Shown here: piece after piece, positions 45,995 through 54,654 of the stretch
Numbering within the stretch: the stretch's first letter is position 1
How the letters are laid out: each line of letters begins with the position of its first letter
Made by a program: the position numbers and the translations under genes
NCBI GenBank assembly: GCA_964540475.1
Contig: CAZIMC010000001.1
Coordinates: forward strand, 269,240-333,239
From: an uncultured Gammaproteobacteria bacterium
GTDB lineage: Bacteria; Patescibacteriota; Microgenomatia; UBA8517
Length of the DNA stretch: 64,000 bases
Direction of reading: 5' to 3'
Notes under the pieces: model-generated
What the model was told of the DNA's origin: nothing
Database searches by the model: none
The model's input: only the letters and a program-made list of their open reading frames with translations

Positions 45995-46408
45995 ATGAGG
46001 GAAGAAAATAAGCGAAAGCACCTTGAATTTATACAAAACACAATTAGCAGGATGTCGGGCAATTTGTTTTTTCTCCGTGGCTGGACAGTAACACTAATTA
46101 CTGCGATGTTTGCCCTGTTTGTTAAGGATGCTAATCAGCGCTTTATTTTTGTAGCCTATATACCCCTGCTTGTCTTTTGGATGTTAGATGGCTACTTTTT
46201 GTCTCAAGAAAGATTATTCCGGGCATTATACGAACATGTACGCAAACTGCCGCAAGAAAGGATAGATTTTTCAATGGACACCACCAAGTATCGAGGCCAC
46301 CGCGGAAACAGCTGGCTAGCTGCCATCTTGTCTCACACTTTGCTAATGTTCTACCTTCCGTTCTTTGTATTGTTGGTGGGAATAACATATTGGTTATGCA
46401 AGGACTAA
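45995..46408 (+). CDS. Small multi-TM protein (2-3 TM; SLATT-like architecture), candidate membrane effector
   Basis: 137 aa. N-terminal amphipathic region, then hydrophobic helices GWTVTLITAMFALFV, FIFVAYIPLLVFWMLDGYFL and LAAILSHTLLMFYLPFFVLLVGITYWL. 3' end overlaps the TIR gene start by 13 nt. Confidence 0.5.
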   Translation: MREENKRKHLEFIQNTISRMSGNLFFLRGWTVTLITAMFALFVKDANQRFIFVAYIPLLVFWMLDGYFLSQERLFRALYEHVRKLPQERIDFSMDTTKYRGHRGNSWLAAILSHTLLMFYLPFFVLLVGITYWLCKD

Positions 46409-46905
46409 ACGCAAAAAGACAGGTTTTCTACAGTTTTCACTACAAACCTGACTGTTGGCGCGCAGCCCAGGTTCGCAGCATTGGTGTGATTGAGGGCAAC
46501 AGGCCTGCTCCAGATAATGACTGGGAAGAGATAAAAGGCGCGGGCGAGGATGCAATCAGACGCTGGATAAACAAACAATTGGAGTATAGGTCTTGTACAC
46601 TAGTATTAGTTGGAAGCGAAACAGCCAACAGGAAGTGGATAAACTATGAAATAGTTGAGTCTTGGAACAGAGGCATGGGGGTGGCGGGAATTTACATTCA
46701 TGGTTTAATGGACAATAACAAATTCGTTTCTCATATTGGAAACAACCCTTTTGACTATATACTTCTCGGGGGTAATATTCCTTTATCAAGTGTGGCCAAA
46801 TGTTACAACCCAATAGGTGCAAATAGCAAAGAAATATATGATTGGATATCTAGAAATATATCTGCTATGGTTGAAGAAGCAATAACCATAAGATCAAAAT
46901 ATTAA
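46396..46905 (+). CDS. TIR-like domain protein, ThsB-like (DUF1863/TIR_2 family)
   Basis: Blocks colinear with Thoeris ThsB: RQVFYSFHYKPD, CTLVLVGSETANRKWINYEI (contains the candidate catalytic Glu), GIYIHGL, GNNPFDYILLG. True ATG at 46396; the upstream part of the listed 46177 ORF overlaps the previous gene in another frame. Confidence 0.65.
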   Translation: MQGLNAKRQVFYSFHYKPDCWRAAQVRSIGVIEGNRPAPDNDWEEIKGAGEDAIRRWINKQLEYRSCTLVLVGSETANRKWINYEIVESWNRGMGVAGIYIHGLMDNNKFVSHIGNNPFDYILLGGNIPLSSVAKCYNPIGANSKEIYDWISRNISAMVEEAITIRSKY

Positions 46906-47019
46906 GTGTTGTAGTTTATTTACTTTATACTACCCCAATTAGCTAAAAAGGCAGTGCACCAATAATTTTCGAGTCTGGCTAGCTTCAATGCTGATCCTTT
47001 GTGACATATTCGTTTCTAG

Positions 47020-47048
47020 TTGACTCAATGTTGCAATTAAAATATTAT
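47020..47048 (+). promoter_or_regulatory. Near-consensus sigma70 promoter TTGACT-17-TATTAT
   Basis: ttgact 47020-47025, tattat 47043-47048; about 35 nt upstream of a small ORF with a strong RBS. Confidence 0.45.
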
Positions 47049-47082
47049 TTAGCCAAATTAAACCCGAAAAGAGGTGGTTAAT

Positions 47083-47217
47083 ATGGCGCATCCAAAAACT
47101 ACGAGTAGAAGAGTGGCTAGAAGTGCCTCTAAGGTGCTTAGAGGGAATTACAGCAGAGTAGCAAAATCTGCTGCTGGCAGCGCTCTTTCTCAAAAACACA
47201 GCAGAAAGCGAAAGTAA
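47083..47217 (+). CDS. Small highly basic protein, 44 aa (not in ORF track)
   Basis: MAHPKTTSRRVARSASKVLRGNYSRVAKSAAGSALSQKHSRKRK; RBS agaggtgg 6 nt upstream; consensus promoter upstream. Confidence 0.4.
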   Translation: MAHPKTTSRRVARSASKVLRGNYSRVAKSAAGSALSQKHSRKRK

Positions 47218-47220
47218 TTT

Positions 47221-47448
47221 ATGAGTATTAAAAAGTGCATAAAGTGTGGGTCTTTTATTGCTGTAACCATGTTATCAGTGTCGGCCTCTTATTATTGCAA
47301 TAACATCTGGTGCAAAAATGATGATCAGCCGTCTGATCCTTATGGTAGCCAATATAATATTGATACAACCATTAAAACATCAGTATCTAGTACAGCATCT
47401 TCGGCATCTACAACTATTTTGCCTTTCATACCATTAAAGGAACTTTGA
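47221..47448 (+). CDS. Small Cys-containing protein (CxxC...CxxxxC), 75 aa, hypothetical
   Basis: Starts 3 nt after the previous small ORF; ...CIKCG...YYCNNIWC... then a Ser/Thr-rich tail. Confidence 0.35.
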   Translation: MSIKKCIKCGSFIAVTMLSVSASYYCNNIWCKNDDQPSDPYGSQYNIDTTIKTSVSSTASSASTTILPFIPLKEL

Positions 47449-47507
47449 CTTCTTAAAAGCAAGAACCGTAGAATTGTTTGTGGTGATAAAATAAATGTTA
47501 GGTGATA

Positions 47508-47594
47508 ATGAAATCTACTTTAATTGGGATATCAATTCTTTTGGCGGCCGCAATAATTGCTTTGCTTTCCTGGACCGACAAAAAATCCAAATAA
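47508..47594 (+). CDS. Tiny hydrophobic peptide, 28 aa (single TM), hypothetical
   Basis: MKSTLIGISILLAAAIIALLSWTDKKSK; RBS aggtga 5 nt upstream of the ATG. Confidence 0.3.
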   Translation: MKSTLIGISILLAAAIIALLSWTDKKSK

Positions 47595-47666
47595 CTTTAA
47601 GGGTCAGGACTTTTGTTATCCGCATTTAATTGCTTTCTTTAGCAATTCACGGTAGAATCGGGGTAA

Positions 47667-48314
47667 TTGCCTATAGCTTCTATGAAAAAACTGTTCTTCG
47701 ATATTGAAACGCTTCCTCTTGAAAAAGACAAGCACCATATCTTAAAAGAGCTTCACGAAAAAATGCTTGATGACGGAAAGAAAAAAGATTTTGAAACTCT
47801 TCTTTCAGAAACTTCATTTGACGGCGGTTTCGGGAGAATTGCCTGCATCAGTTATGCAGTTAACGACGAGCCGGTTGCAACATTGCGGGGAGACGAAGTG
47901 CAAATGCTAAAAAAGTTTTGGGAGATTGTGAAGGACTGTGATTTATTTGTTGGCTACAACATTTTCAGTTTTGATCTGCGCTTTTTATACCAAAGATCGG
48001 TGGTTTTGCGTGTTCAACCGAGTAAAGAGCTTAGTTTTGCAAGGTACAGGAATAACCCGATTTTTGACATTATGTGTGAGTGGGCCAAGTGGGACAGCCG
48101 AAATAATATAAGTATGGACCGTTTGGCTAGAGTGTTGGGGCTTCCTACCTCCAAAGGCGGCGAAGTTGAAGGGAAAAATCTGGCAAAGGCTTTTGAAGAC
48201 GGGAAAATTGACGAGATTTGTGAGTACTGCGAAAAAGACGTTGAACTGACAAGAAAAATTTATAAAAGAATGATTTTTGAGGACGAACCCACCCAAAACG
48301 AAATACCGTTTTGA
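47667..48314 (+). CDS. DEDDy-type 3'-5' exonuclease (RNase H-like, YprB/COG3298-like)
   Basis: Exo I LFFDIETLPL, Exo II FVGYNIFSFDLRFL, Exo III YCEKDVELT (Y-x3-D). Confidence 0.6.
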   Translation: MPIASMKKLFFDIETLPLEKDKHHILKELHEKMLDDGKKKDFETLLSETSFDGGFGRIACISYAVNDEPVATLRGDEVQMLKKFWEIVKDCDLFVGYNIFSFDLRFLYQRSVVLRVQPSKELSFARYRNNPIFDIMCEWAKWDSRNNISMDRLARVLGLPTSKGGEVEGKNLAKAFEDGKIDEICEYCEKDVELTRKIYKRMIFEDEPTQNEIPF

Positions 48315-48925
48315 TCTGGCTTTACATGCAAGATTTCACAAAGGACCCAGAGTATATTAAGGCAAGGAGGGAATTTAGCAGAAAACTTCGTTTTAGTAAA
48401 AAGTTTCGCGACAACCTTAGAAAGAGCGCTTTGGAATTGGAGACATATGGCCTAAAGGGATTAGAGATTAACGAAAAAATTCCCAGTAACCTTTGGAAGG
48501 GGAAAGATACAATAATGTTTGAGACATTTTTAGACTTGTCTCAAAAGTTTCTAGAAAGCATAAAAAATTGCGAAGATGATGCGAAAAAGGACTCGATAAG
48601 ATTCAAAAAATATCAGTTTTATAAAAAGAAAAACGGTAAAAGCATAATAATCAGATGCACATTCTATAAAGTTTACGAGAAGAAAAGTAAAATTGCCTGC
48701 TTTTATTTTGAAGATGGTTTGAAGAAAAATAAGCGATTGAAGGGTGTAAGGTACAGAAGAAGCATGTCAACAAAAGGTTATGAGTTTATTGATGAGGGAA
48801 AGTTTAGATACAAACACAGAGATATTGACCATTTCATATATATTTTTGAAGGGAGAAAAACATACGAAATCAAGATTTCTGCCAGAGACAACAAGAAAGA
48901 TAAATTTTGGATTGAGCTGTTGTAA
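48311..48925 (+). CDS. Hypothetical Lys-rich protein
   Basis: ORF 204 aa, very K-rich, low local GC; start overlaps the exonuclease stop. Confidence 0.35.
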   Translation: MIWLYMQDFTKDPEYIKARREFSRKLRFSKKFRDNLRKSALELETYGLKGLEINEKIPSNLWKGKDTIMFETFLDLSQKFLESIKNCEDDAKKDSIRFKKYQFYKKKNGKSIIIRCTFYKVYEKKSKIACFYFEDGLKKNKRLKGVRYRRSMSTKGYEFIDEGKFRYKHRDIDHFIYIFEGRKTYEIKISARDNKKDKFWIELL

Positions 48926-49014
48926 TTAAGGTTTTTGATATGTTTTTCTTTATAGAGCCAGATTTTGCCTCTAACTTTAGGATTGAAGTATAATATCTCC
49001 TATAGTTCACACTT

Positions 49015-49908
49015 ATGCAGAGAGAAAGATCAGTTTGGGAAACTTTCCAAAGAAGGATGGCGCGGTTAGATGCGCGGATGGAGGCGTGGAGTAAAAGATT
49101 AGAAGAAGCAGATAATAGAAATAGAGAAATACATTTGTACGGCAAAGAAGTAAAGCATCGTGACAGGTGGAATTCTGAAACCTTCCATGAATATCTTTTT
49201 GCCGTAAATCGTGACAAGAATTATTTAATGCCACAGGCAGACTATCCGGACCAAATTGAGCTGGGGCGAGAATGGCATGCTGTGTTTAATCAAATGAGGC
49301 AAGAAACGCAAGACGGCTATGAGAGAATTTCCGTTCAAGGCGTAATGCAGAATTCCAGGCAAGTAGTGCTGGGTAAAGTAGATGTTGGTAAAAAGCATTT
49401 TGTTCCTGGAGATTTAATTTTCAGACTTAGAAAAAATCTAATTCACGATGGAGCAGACAATACTCTTTCAGATGTGCATACACATCCTAGAAAGTTGTGG
49501 CGAAGTGAATTTTTATCCATACCCGATGATACTGATGGCAGATATAGTCAGAGAACTGCAAGTTTTTCCGCCGGAGACTTGTATTGTCTAGCCGAACTTC
49601 GAATTCCGCATTTTTTTATGGGTTTAATTGACGGCCATTGGAATTATTTGGCTTTTAGATCCCGAGAAACCTTATCCACTAATTTGCATTATCTCCGAGG
49701 CGGGAGTCAAGAGGATTTTGCTAGGCATTGGTATAGGATGGTGGGTTTTGACTATACACCACATGATTATGATAAGGACCAAAGCGGTAAGCTTAAACCA
49801 TTTGCCGTTGATGCCAACATTCGAAGATTAACTCCTTTGGTAGCATCAAGACACAATCTGGTGGTTTATGCAGGAAGGCCAAACCGCGATTTGGAGTGGT
49901 ATTACTAG
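49015..49908 (+). CDS. Hypothetical protein with HxH...S..D (JAMM/MPN-like?) metal motif
   Basis: ...SDVHTHPRKLWRSEFLSIPDD...; spacing deviates from the canonical JAMM HxHx7Sx2D (here x10), so the assignment is tentative. Confidence 0.35.
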   Translation: MQRERSVWETFQRRMARLDARMEAWSKRLEEADNRNREIHLYGKEVKHRDRWNSETFHEYLFAVNRDKNYLMPQADYPDQIELGREWHAVFNQMRQETQDGYERISVQGVMQNSRQVVLGKVDVGKKHFVPGDLIFRLRKNLIHDGADNTLSDVHTHPRKLWRSEFLSIPDDTDGRYSQRTASFSAGDLYCLAELRIPHFFMGLIDGHWNYLAFRSRETLSTNLHYLRGGSQEDFARHWYRMVGFDYTPHDYDKDQSGKLKPFAVDANIRRLTPLVASRHNLVVYAGRPNRDLEWYY

Positions 49909-49956
49909 TTTTGAAGCATTCAGCTATAGTAGCGGCTTTGAAGGTATAATAAATTA

Positions 49957-50607
49957 ATGCTTGGGGTTTTGGCTTTTTTCATTTTACTTTTAACTCTTTA
50001 TATTCTTTCCAGGATTTTTATACAGAGACTGTTTATTTTTCTTTTCAGAATTTTTAAGACCCGAGAACGGGCAACATTCGTTTTAGGTTTAATATTTTTG
50101 CCAGGAACATTTATTCATGAAATGGCTCACTTTTTGATGGCTTTATTTTTGCTGGTCCCTGTTGGGAGAATAAATTTAATGCCGGAAGTGCAAGAGAGGG
50201 GAATTAAATTGGGGAGTGTTGAAGTGGGAAAAACAGACTTTTTGCGTGGGTCGCTAATTGGAATGGCTCCGTTAATTGTTGGCATTGGAATAATATTTTT
50301 TATAATTTCGAATGCGCTTTCGTATGGGTTACTGACAGCCTGGTGGGTTACCCCGTTACTAATATATTTAATATTTCAACTGACACACACCATGTTTGCA
50401 AGCAGGACCGATACCAGAGCGCTTCTTGAGCTTTTAGTATTTTTAATAATTGTTTGCGCATTTTTACTCCTTTTCAAAATTTATACACCCTTCACCTTTT
50501 TACTTGCCAAAACTCAGGATGCAGGTCAACTTTTGCAGCGTCTATCCGTGCTTTTACTAATTCCCATAGGGGTTGAGATAACTTTCCTTGCTATGTTTAG
50601 AAAGTAA
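49957..50607 (+). CDS. Polytopic membrane protein with intramembrane HExxH (zinc metalloprotease-like)
   Basis: ...GTFIHEMAHFLMA... inside a hydrophobic helix; 6 TM. Confidence 0.45.
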   Translation: MLGVLAFFILLLTLYILSRIFIQRLFIFLFRIFKTRERATFVLGLIFLPGTFIHEMAHFLMALFLLVPVGRINLMPEVQERGIKLGSVEVGKTDFLRGSLIGMAPLIVGIGIIFFIISNALSYGLLTAWWVTPLLIYLIFQLTHTMFASRTDTRALLELLVFLIIVCAFLLLFKIYTPFTFLLAKTQDAGQLLQRLSVLLLIPIGVEITFLAMFRK

Positions 50608-50660
50608 CGCAAGCATTTTGCCCTTTTGCATTTAAATCTTTGGGTGTAAAATGCTAGCTT

Positions 50661-51005
50661 ATGAGGAGAGAAAGAGGGGACAGGTTAAGCGAACAAGCAC
50701 TTGCCTTTGTTAGCCGATTGACTACCGGTAAAACCTTTGTACTTGACATGAATGACACTGGAGTGGAGTCAATGGTCAAGATATTGGCCCTTAGCAGAAT
50801 GAATGGTTGTGTTAAGCGTGTACCGTCAGACGGAAAGGCAACATACAGGAAGGTTTTTGATATAGATGCATTATTAAGAGAACTTATTTTCCAGGCAGTT
50901 CACCGGCACAGGAACATTCCTGCCAGTTGCAACAAATGCCCTTTTTCCAGAAGTAATTGCCCAATGCTGTCCCAATTGCAAGATATTATTAAAGGTATTT
51001 CCTGA
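50661..51005 (+). CDS. Hypothetical protein (Cys cluster near C-terminus)
   Basis: ORF 114 aa; ...CNKCPFSRSNCP...; slightly higher GC than the surroundings. Confidence 0.3.
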   Translation: MRRERGDRLSEQALAFVSRLTTGKTFVLDMNDTGVESMVKILALSRMNGCVKRVPSDGKATYRKVFDIDALLRELIFQAVHRHRNIPASCNKCPFSRSNCPMLSQLQDIIKGIS

Positions 51006-51029
51006 TATAATTTGTTTACGGAAGTTAAA

Positions 51030-51371
51030 TTAATACCTGTACCTATTGGCTCTGCGTCTAATTTTCTTTCCTCCCGTTTTTAACTCACCATCCCTTGCTC
51101 CGCTAATATGAGTACTAGGTCTACCATTTCCGGCTGCAAAAGCCTGAAATATTTGTGCGTTTGTTGCGCCGGGGTGTTCTTTACGGAATTCTTCAATTAC
51201 TCTTCGTGCCTCCTCACGGTCTCCAAAAAAACGATATAGATGTCTGGCAAGTCTTGAAGGATGGATATCGTCAGGCGGATCTTCTGCTGGTGGCGGGCCA
51301 CCGATCCCGATTGATATTTGGAGATCGAAACTAAGTCTCAGGCGCGTTTTGTCATTTTCCCTTTCCGCCAT
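51030..51371 (-). CDS. Hypothetical protein
   Basis: ORF 113 aa, only minus-strand gene in this stretch; no motif. Confidence 0.3.
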   Translation of the reverse strand: MAERENDKTRLRLSFDLQISIGIGGPPPAEDPPDDIHPSRLARHLYRFFGDREEARRVIEEFRKEHPGATNAQIFQAFAAGNGRPSTHISGARDGELKTGGKKIRRRANRYRY

Positions 51372-51553
51372 CCTAGTAATATAGCATTTGGAAACTTTAT
51401 GGTAAACAATTACTATGGCCTCAAATTAAACATGCCAGACGTGTGGTGTGTTTAGCAGTTTTGTACTTTGACACACCCTGCACCCTAGACAAGCAAGCAT
51501 TAATCCTTTAGTCTGTTTATTGTGATTAGGAATAGAGAGGAGGTGAATAATTA

Positions 51554-52489
51554 ATGAATATTAAGAAAATTTTGACATCCTCAATGATTGGTGTTTTCGT
51601 ACTCGTATTTTCAGCGGGAGTAGTTCTTGCGACTACTTTGAGCTCAACCGATTTTGAAGGATTTACCACTGGAGTTAGCGTGGATGGACAAGGCGGATGG
51701 TCGTCTGCCCCCAAGTGGGATGAAGATATTGTAGATGACGCTGGCAACACAGTATGGCGTATATCAAACGCAGTCTTCGCTGGTAGTTTTGGCGATATGC
51801 CGTTTGCACCCAGACCTGGCGGATTATCCATGACTAGCGCTGATCCCGTAGGAGGAAACCCCCAGTATTTTGCTGGAGAAAGCTCTACCGGAGCTGACAA
51901 TACAGAGTTCTTTGGGAGTTTTGACTTTAAGTCATCTACTGGAGCACCACAACCTGGACTCAGAATTACTGTTAGCGCAGATAATGGGCAGGGAGGTAGG
52001 CAATCATTTTTCTCTATAGAAGATAATGGATCTACAGGGTTAAATGTAACTACATTTAATGTCTTGCCAGATGGATCCTTCGATGGCCCCATCACAATAG
52101 CTGAAGATCTTTCTTACACAGACTGGCATTCAGTAGGAGTAGATTTGGAGTTCATTGACGGACCATCAAATGATGTAGTTAGATATTTTGTAAACGACTC
52201 TCTAGTTCATACCGATACTAGCTGGGAACAGTTTTACACAAATCATCAGCCAGCATTACATCCATTAGGAGTACCCGTTCAGACTTTACTCTTTAGGATT
52301 TCTAGTGGAACATCAACTGATGTCACTGGTGACGGATTCTATATCGATAATGTTCACACAGGAATTGGACTTTTTAGTATAGACCCAGAGACAATAGATG
52401 ACTGTAAAAATGGTGGTTGGGAAGCTTATGGCTTCAGCAATCAAGGGCGATGTATTCAATTTGTGAATACAGGGAAAGATAGCAGATAA
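51554..52489 (+). CDS. Secreted hypothetical protein (signal peptide, Gly/Ser/Thr-rich)
   Basis: Strong RBS aggaggtga 7 nt upstream; N-terminal signal MNIKKILTSSMIGVFVLVFSAGVVLA; followed by a clean rho-independent terminator. Confidence 0.55.
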   Translation: MNIKKILTSSMIGVFVLVFSAGVVLATTLSSTDFEGFTTGVSVDGQGGWSSAPKWDEDIVDDAGNTVWRISNAVFAGSFGDMPFAPRPGGLSMTSADPVGGNPQYFAGESSTGADNTEFFGSFDFKSSTGAPQPGLRITVSADNGQGGRQSFFSIEDNGSTGLNVTTFNVLPDGSFDGPITIAEDLSYTDWHSVGVDLEFIDGPSNDVVRYFVNDSLVHTDTSWEQFYTNHQPALHPLGVPVQTLLFRISSGTSTDVTGDGFYIDNVHTGIGLFSIDPETIDDCKNGGWEAYGFSNQGRCIQFVNTGKDSR

Positions 52490-52538
52490 GTTGAAAACTA
52501 ATTTTACTTACTTGTAAGTAAAATTCAACTTTAATAGT

Positions 52539-52574
52539 GGGCTTGGTTAGGAAAAAACCAGGCCCGCTTTTTTC
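52539..52574 (+). terminator. Rho-independent terminator (gggcttggtt-aggaaaa-aaccaggccc + gcttttttc)
   Basis: 10-bp GC-rich stem with one mismatch plus a U-tract, 50 nt after the stop of the secreted-protein gene. Confidence 0.75.
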
Positions 52575-52596
52575 TATTATCCTGTATTATTGAATA

Positions 52597-52980
52597 GTGG
52601 AAATTGAGGACGAGTTTACAAATTATGTTAATAAAGCCTTAGAAGAGCTTCCGGCCGAATTTAAAGAAAAGCTTGATAACGTAAATATTTTTGTTGAGGA
52701 TTACCCCACCCGTGAACAATTTGTGAAACTTCGGATGCGCCCGGAGCACACCTTACTTTTGGGTTTATATGAGGGCATACCGCAAACAAAAAGAGGAAAT
52801 TACGGACAAGGAGTATTACCCGACAAGATCACACTATTTAAAATGCCAATTTTGTCTCTTGCCCAAAACCGTGAGCATCTGGTCCAGCTAATCAAAGACA
52901 CGCTTTTTCATGAAGTTGGTCATCATTTCGGAATGAGCGAAAAAGAAATAAGAGATGCCCAAAGCAAACGGACTTACTGA
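52597..52980 (+). CDS. Metallopeptidase family protein (zincin-like, DUF1025-type)
   Basis: C-terminal HEVGHHFGMSEKEI matches the family signature. Confidence 0.6.
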   Translation: MEIEDEFTNYVNKALEELPAEFKEKLDNVNIFVEDYPTREQFVKLRMRPEHTLLLGLYEGIPQTKRGNYGQGVLPDKITLFKMPILSLAQNREHLVQLIKDTLFHEVGHHFGMSEKEIRDAQSKRTY

Positions 52981-53330
52981 AGCTGAACGCTAATACTTAA
53001 TAAAAACTCCGGAAGGATTTGGGTTAAAAGAATTATAAGAAGAAGTGTAACGCTTTGTAATGCAATTCTTTTATAAAGGGGAAGAAGCGCTTTTTGATCG
53101 CTTTCTTCAATTGAAACTGCAAGTTGGGCCAGATTTCTAAATACCACAAAAAATCCGTAAGCAAAAAGAAGTATTAAAAAATGGCTCACGAATGGTTGGA
53201 AGGTTGTTGTATAGGTTCTTGCAAAATTGGCAGCAAGGGATGCAAGCCTTAGGAAAATAAATACATTTAGCCAAAAGAGTCCGGCTTTATATAGAAAGTT
53301 TGCGATATTATTTTCGTTTTTTTCCTTCAT
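52974..53330 (-). CDS. Hypothetical membrane protein (3 TM)
   Basis: ORF 118 aa, hydrophobic. Confidence 0.35.
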   Translation of the reverse strand: MKEKNENNIANFLYKAGLFWLNVFIFLRLASLAANFARTYTTTFQPFVSHFLILLFAYGFFVVFRNLAQLAVSIEESDQKALLPLYKRIALQSVTLLLIILLTQILPEFLLSISVQLQ

Positions 53331-53542
53331 CTTTCTTTTTTTGAATAGTTTCTTTAATAACCGTTAAGAAAAGTCCCATTCCGGCCCCGCCGCTAATTGT
53401 TGCCATTTTAATAAAATCCAAAGTTTGAACTGAGCAGCCGCCTGCGAGGTTACAAACGGGAACTGTTGTAATGTTACAAACCCCACACATATAAACAATT
53501 TTAACACAACAATTAAAACGTCATTTGTTATCCAATTGTTAT

Positions 53543-54586
53543 TTAATGCTTAGATTTTCTACCGATCTTAACATTTCGTTTTTTTAGATATTCTGTTAAT
53601 AATATAATTGTAGCCTGAAGTTGTGTCTTTTCATCCACTTTTGCAGGAGCGTTGTATTTATATCCTGCGTCAATCGGCACTTCTCTTGACCGGCCCAAAT
53701 ATCCTCTTTCGTAAGTTGATATGGCATACTCAAGTGCCCTAGAAAACAATCCTTCAGGCAAACCAGGAGCCAAGTCTACATTTTGAATTCGTTTGGATAC
53801 CATAAATGCTCTTGCATATCGTGATGCGTTATCTTCTAATTGCAATACTTCAGTACCAACCGATGAGACCATGCTCGTAAACTCGCTTAAATATCTTTTT
53901 AATTTGTTCGGAATATTTTTTTGCAATTCAATTAAACGTAATTGCGCCGATATCTTTGCAACATATTTCACCAATCTGTCCTCATTGATATATTTTCTAT
54001 ATGCATTTGGGTTCATTTGACTATCATACCAATGACCCATCTCGTGTAAAAATATTACTATACCTGCTCTCATTCCTATAAGACGAGAGAATTTTGCTAA
54101 ATCACCGAACATGATAATTTGTGCTTCGGAGTCACATGCGTTTATCAAAGTTGGAGAATAGATACAGTCCACCTCGGGGTTCAATTCTTCGATTAAATCT
54201 ACAGTGTACCCGTTCTGCCCTACTACGTATAAATTTTCAAGTTGGTAACTGTGAGGCGAGCTTTTGTCTGCATCGATAACAGCTATTGTGCGTGCCCCAT
54301 CCGGGGTGGGCTGCTCGATAAATAAGTGTCTTCTTATCTTGCCATTTTCGACATATTCGCCGTATGTATATGATGCGTTTTCAAAAGGTAATGCCCTGAG
54401 TGAATTACTTAGTTCAGAGGGAGATTTACTTAACCCCTCACCCCATTTGTAAGCGGTAAATTTTTTGTGCCCCATGGCCTCCATTGGCGAAGAATAATTG
54501 GTAGATTTTATTTCGACGTTCCCGATGTTTAATACAATATAATCAGGATTTAAATGCTGAGAATTTTGCTCATTAACCTCTGACAT
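53543..54586 (-). CDS. Hypothetical HExxH zinc-metallopeptidase-like protein
   Basis: ...GIVIFLHEMGHWYD...; no other family signature recognised. Confidence 0.4.
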   Translation of the reverse strand: MSEVNEQNSQHLNPDYIVLNIGNVEIKSTNYSSPMEAMGHKKFTAYKWGEGLSKSPSELSNSLRALPFENASYTYGEYVENGKIRRHLFIEQPTPDGARTIAVIDADKSSPHSYQLENLYVVGQNGYTVDLIEELNPEVDCIYSPTLINACDSEAQIIMFGDLAKFSRLIGMRAGIVIFLHEMGHWYDSQMNPNAYRKYINEDRLVKYVAKISAQLRLIELQKNIPNKLKRYLSEFTSMVSSVGTEVLQLEDNASRYARAFMVSKRIQNVDLAPGLPEGLFSRALEYAISTYERGYLGRSREVPIDAGYKYNAPAKVDEKTQLQATIILLTEYLKKRNVKIGRKSKH

Positions 54587-54611
54587 AAGTTAATTATACA
54601 ATGAGAAAACT

Positions 54612-54645
54612 GTGTGAGGTTGGGAGGTCTCAACCTCACACGTTT
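54612..54645 (-). terminator. Perfect 10-bp inverted repeat (tgtgaggttg / caacctcaca) downstream of the minus-strand GNAT gene
   Basis: Hairpin between the GNAT stop (54655) and the upstream gene's start. Confidence 0.4.
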
Positions 54646-54654
54646 ATTGTGCCC

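Noticed and set aside
46177-46395. N-terminal 73 codons of the supplied 242-aa ORF (MDVRWLLFVSRK...)
   Set aside because: This part overlaps the upstream membrane-protein gene in another frame. Homology to ThsB begins exactly at the internal Met 46396, so the extension is not coding.
53308-53490. 60-aa minus-strand Cys-containing ORF
   Set aside because: Overlaps the 52974..53330 gene by 23 nt in another frame; no RBS; composition driven by the neighbouring hairpin-rich sequence.
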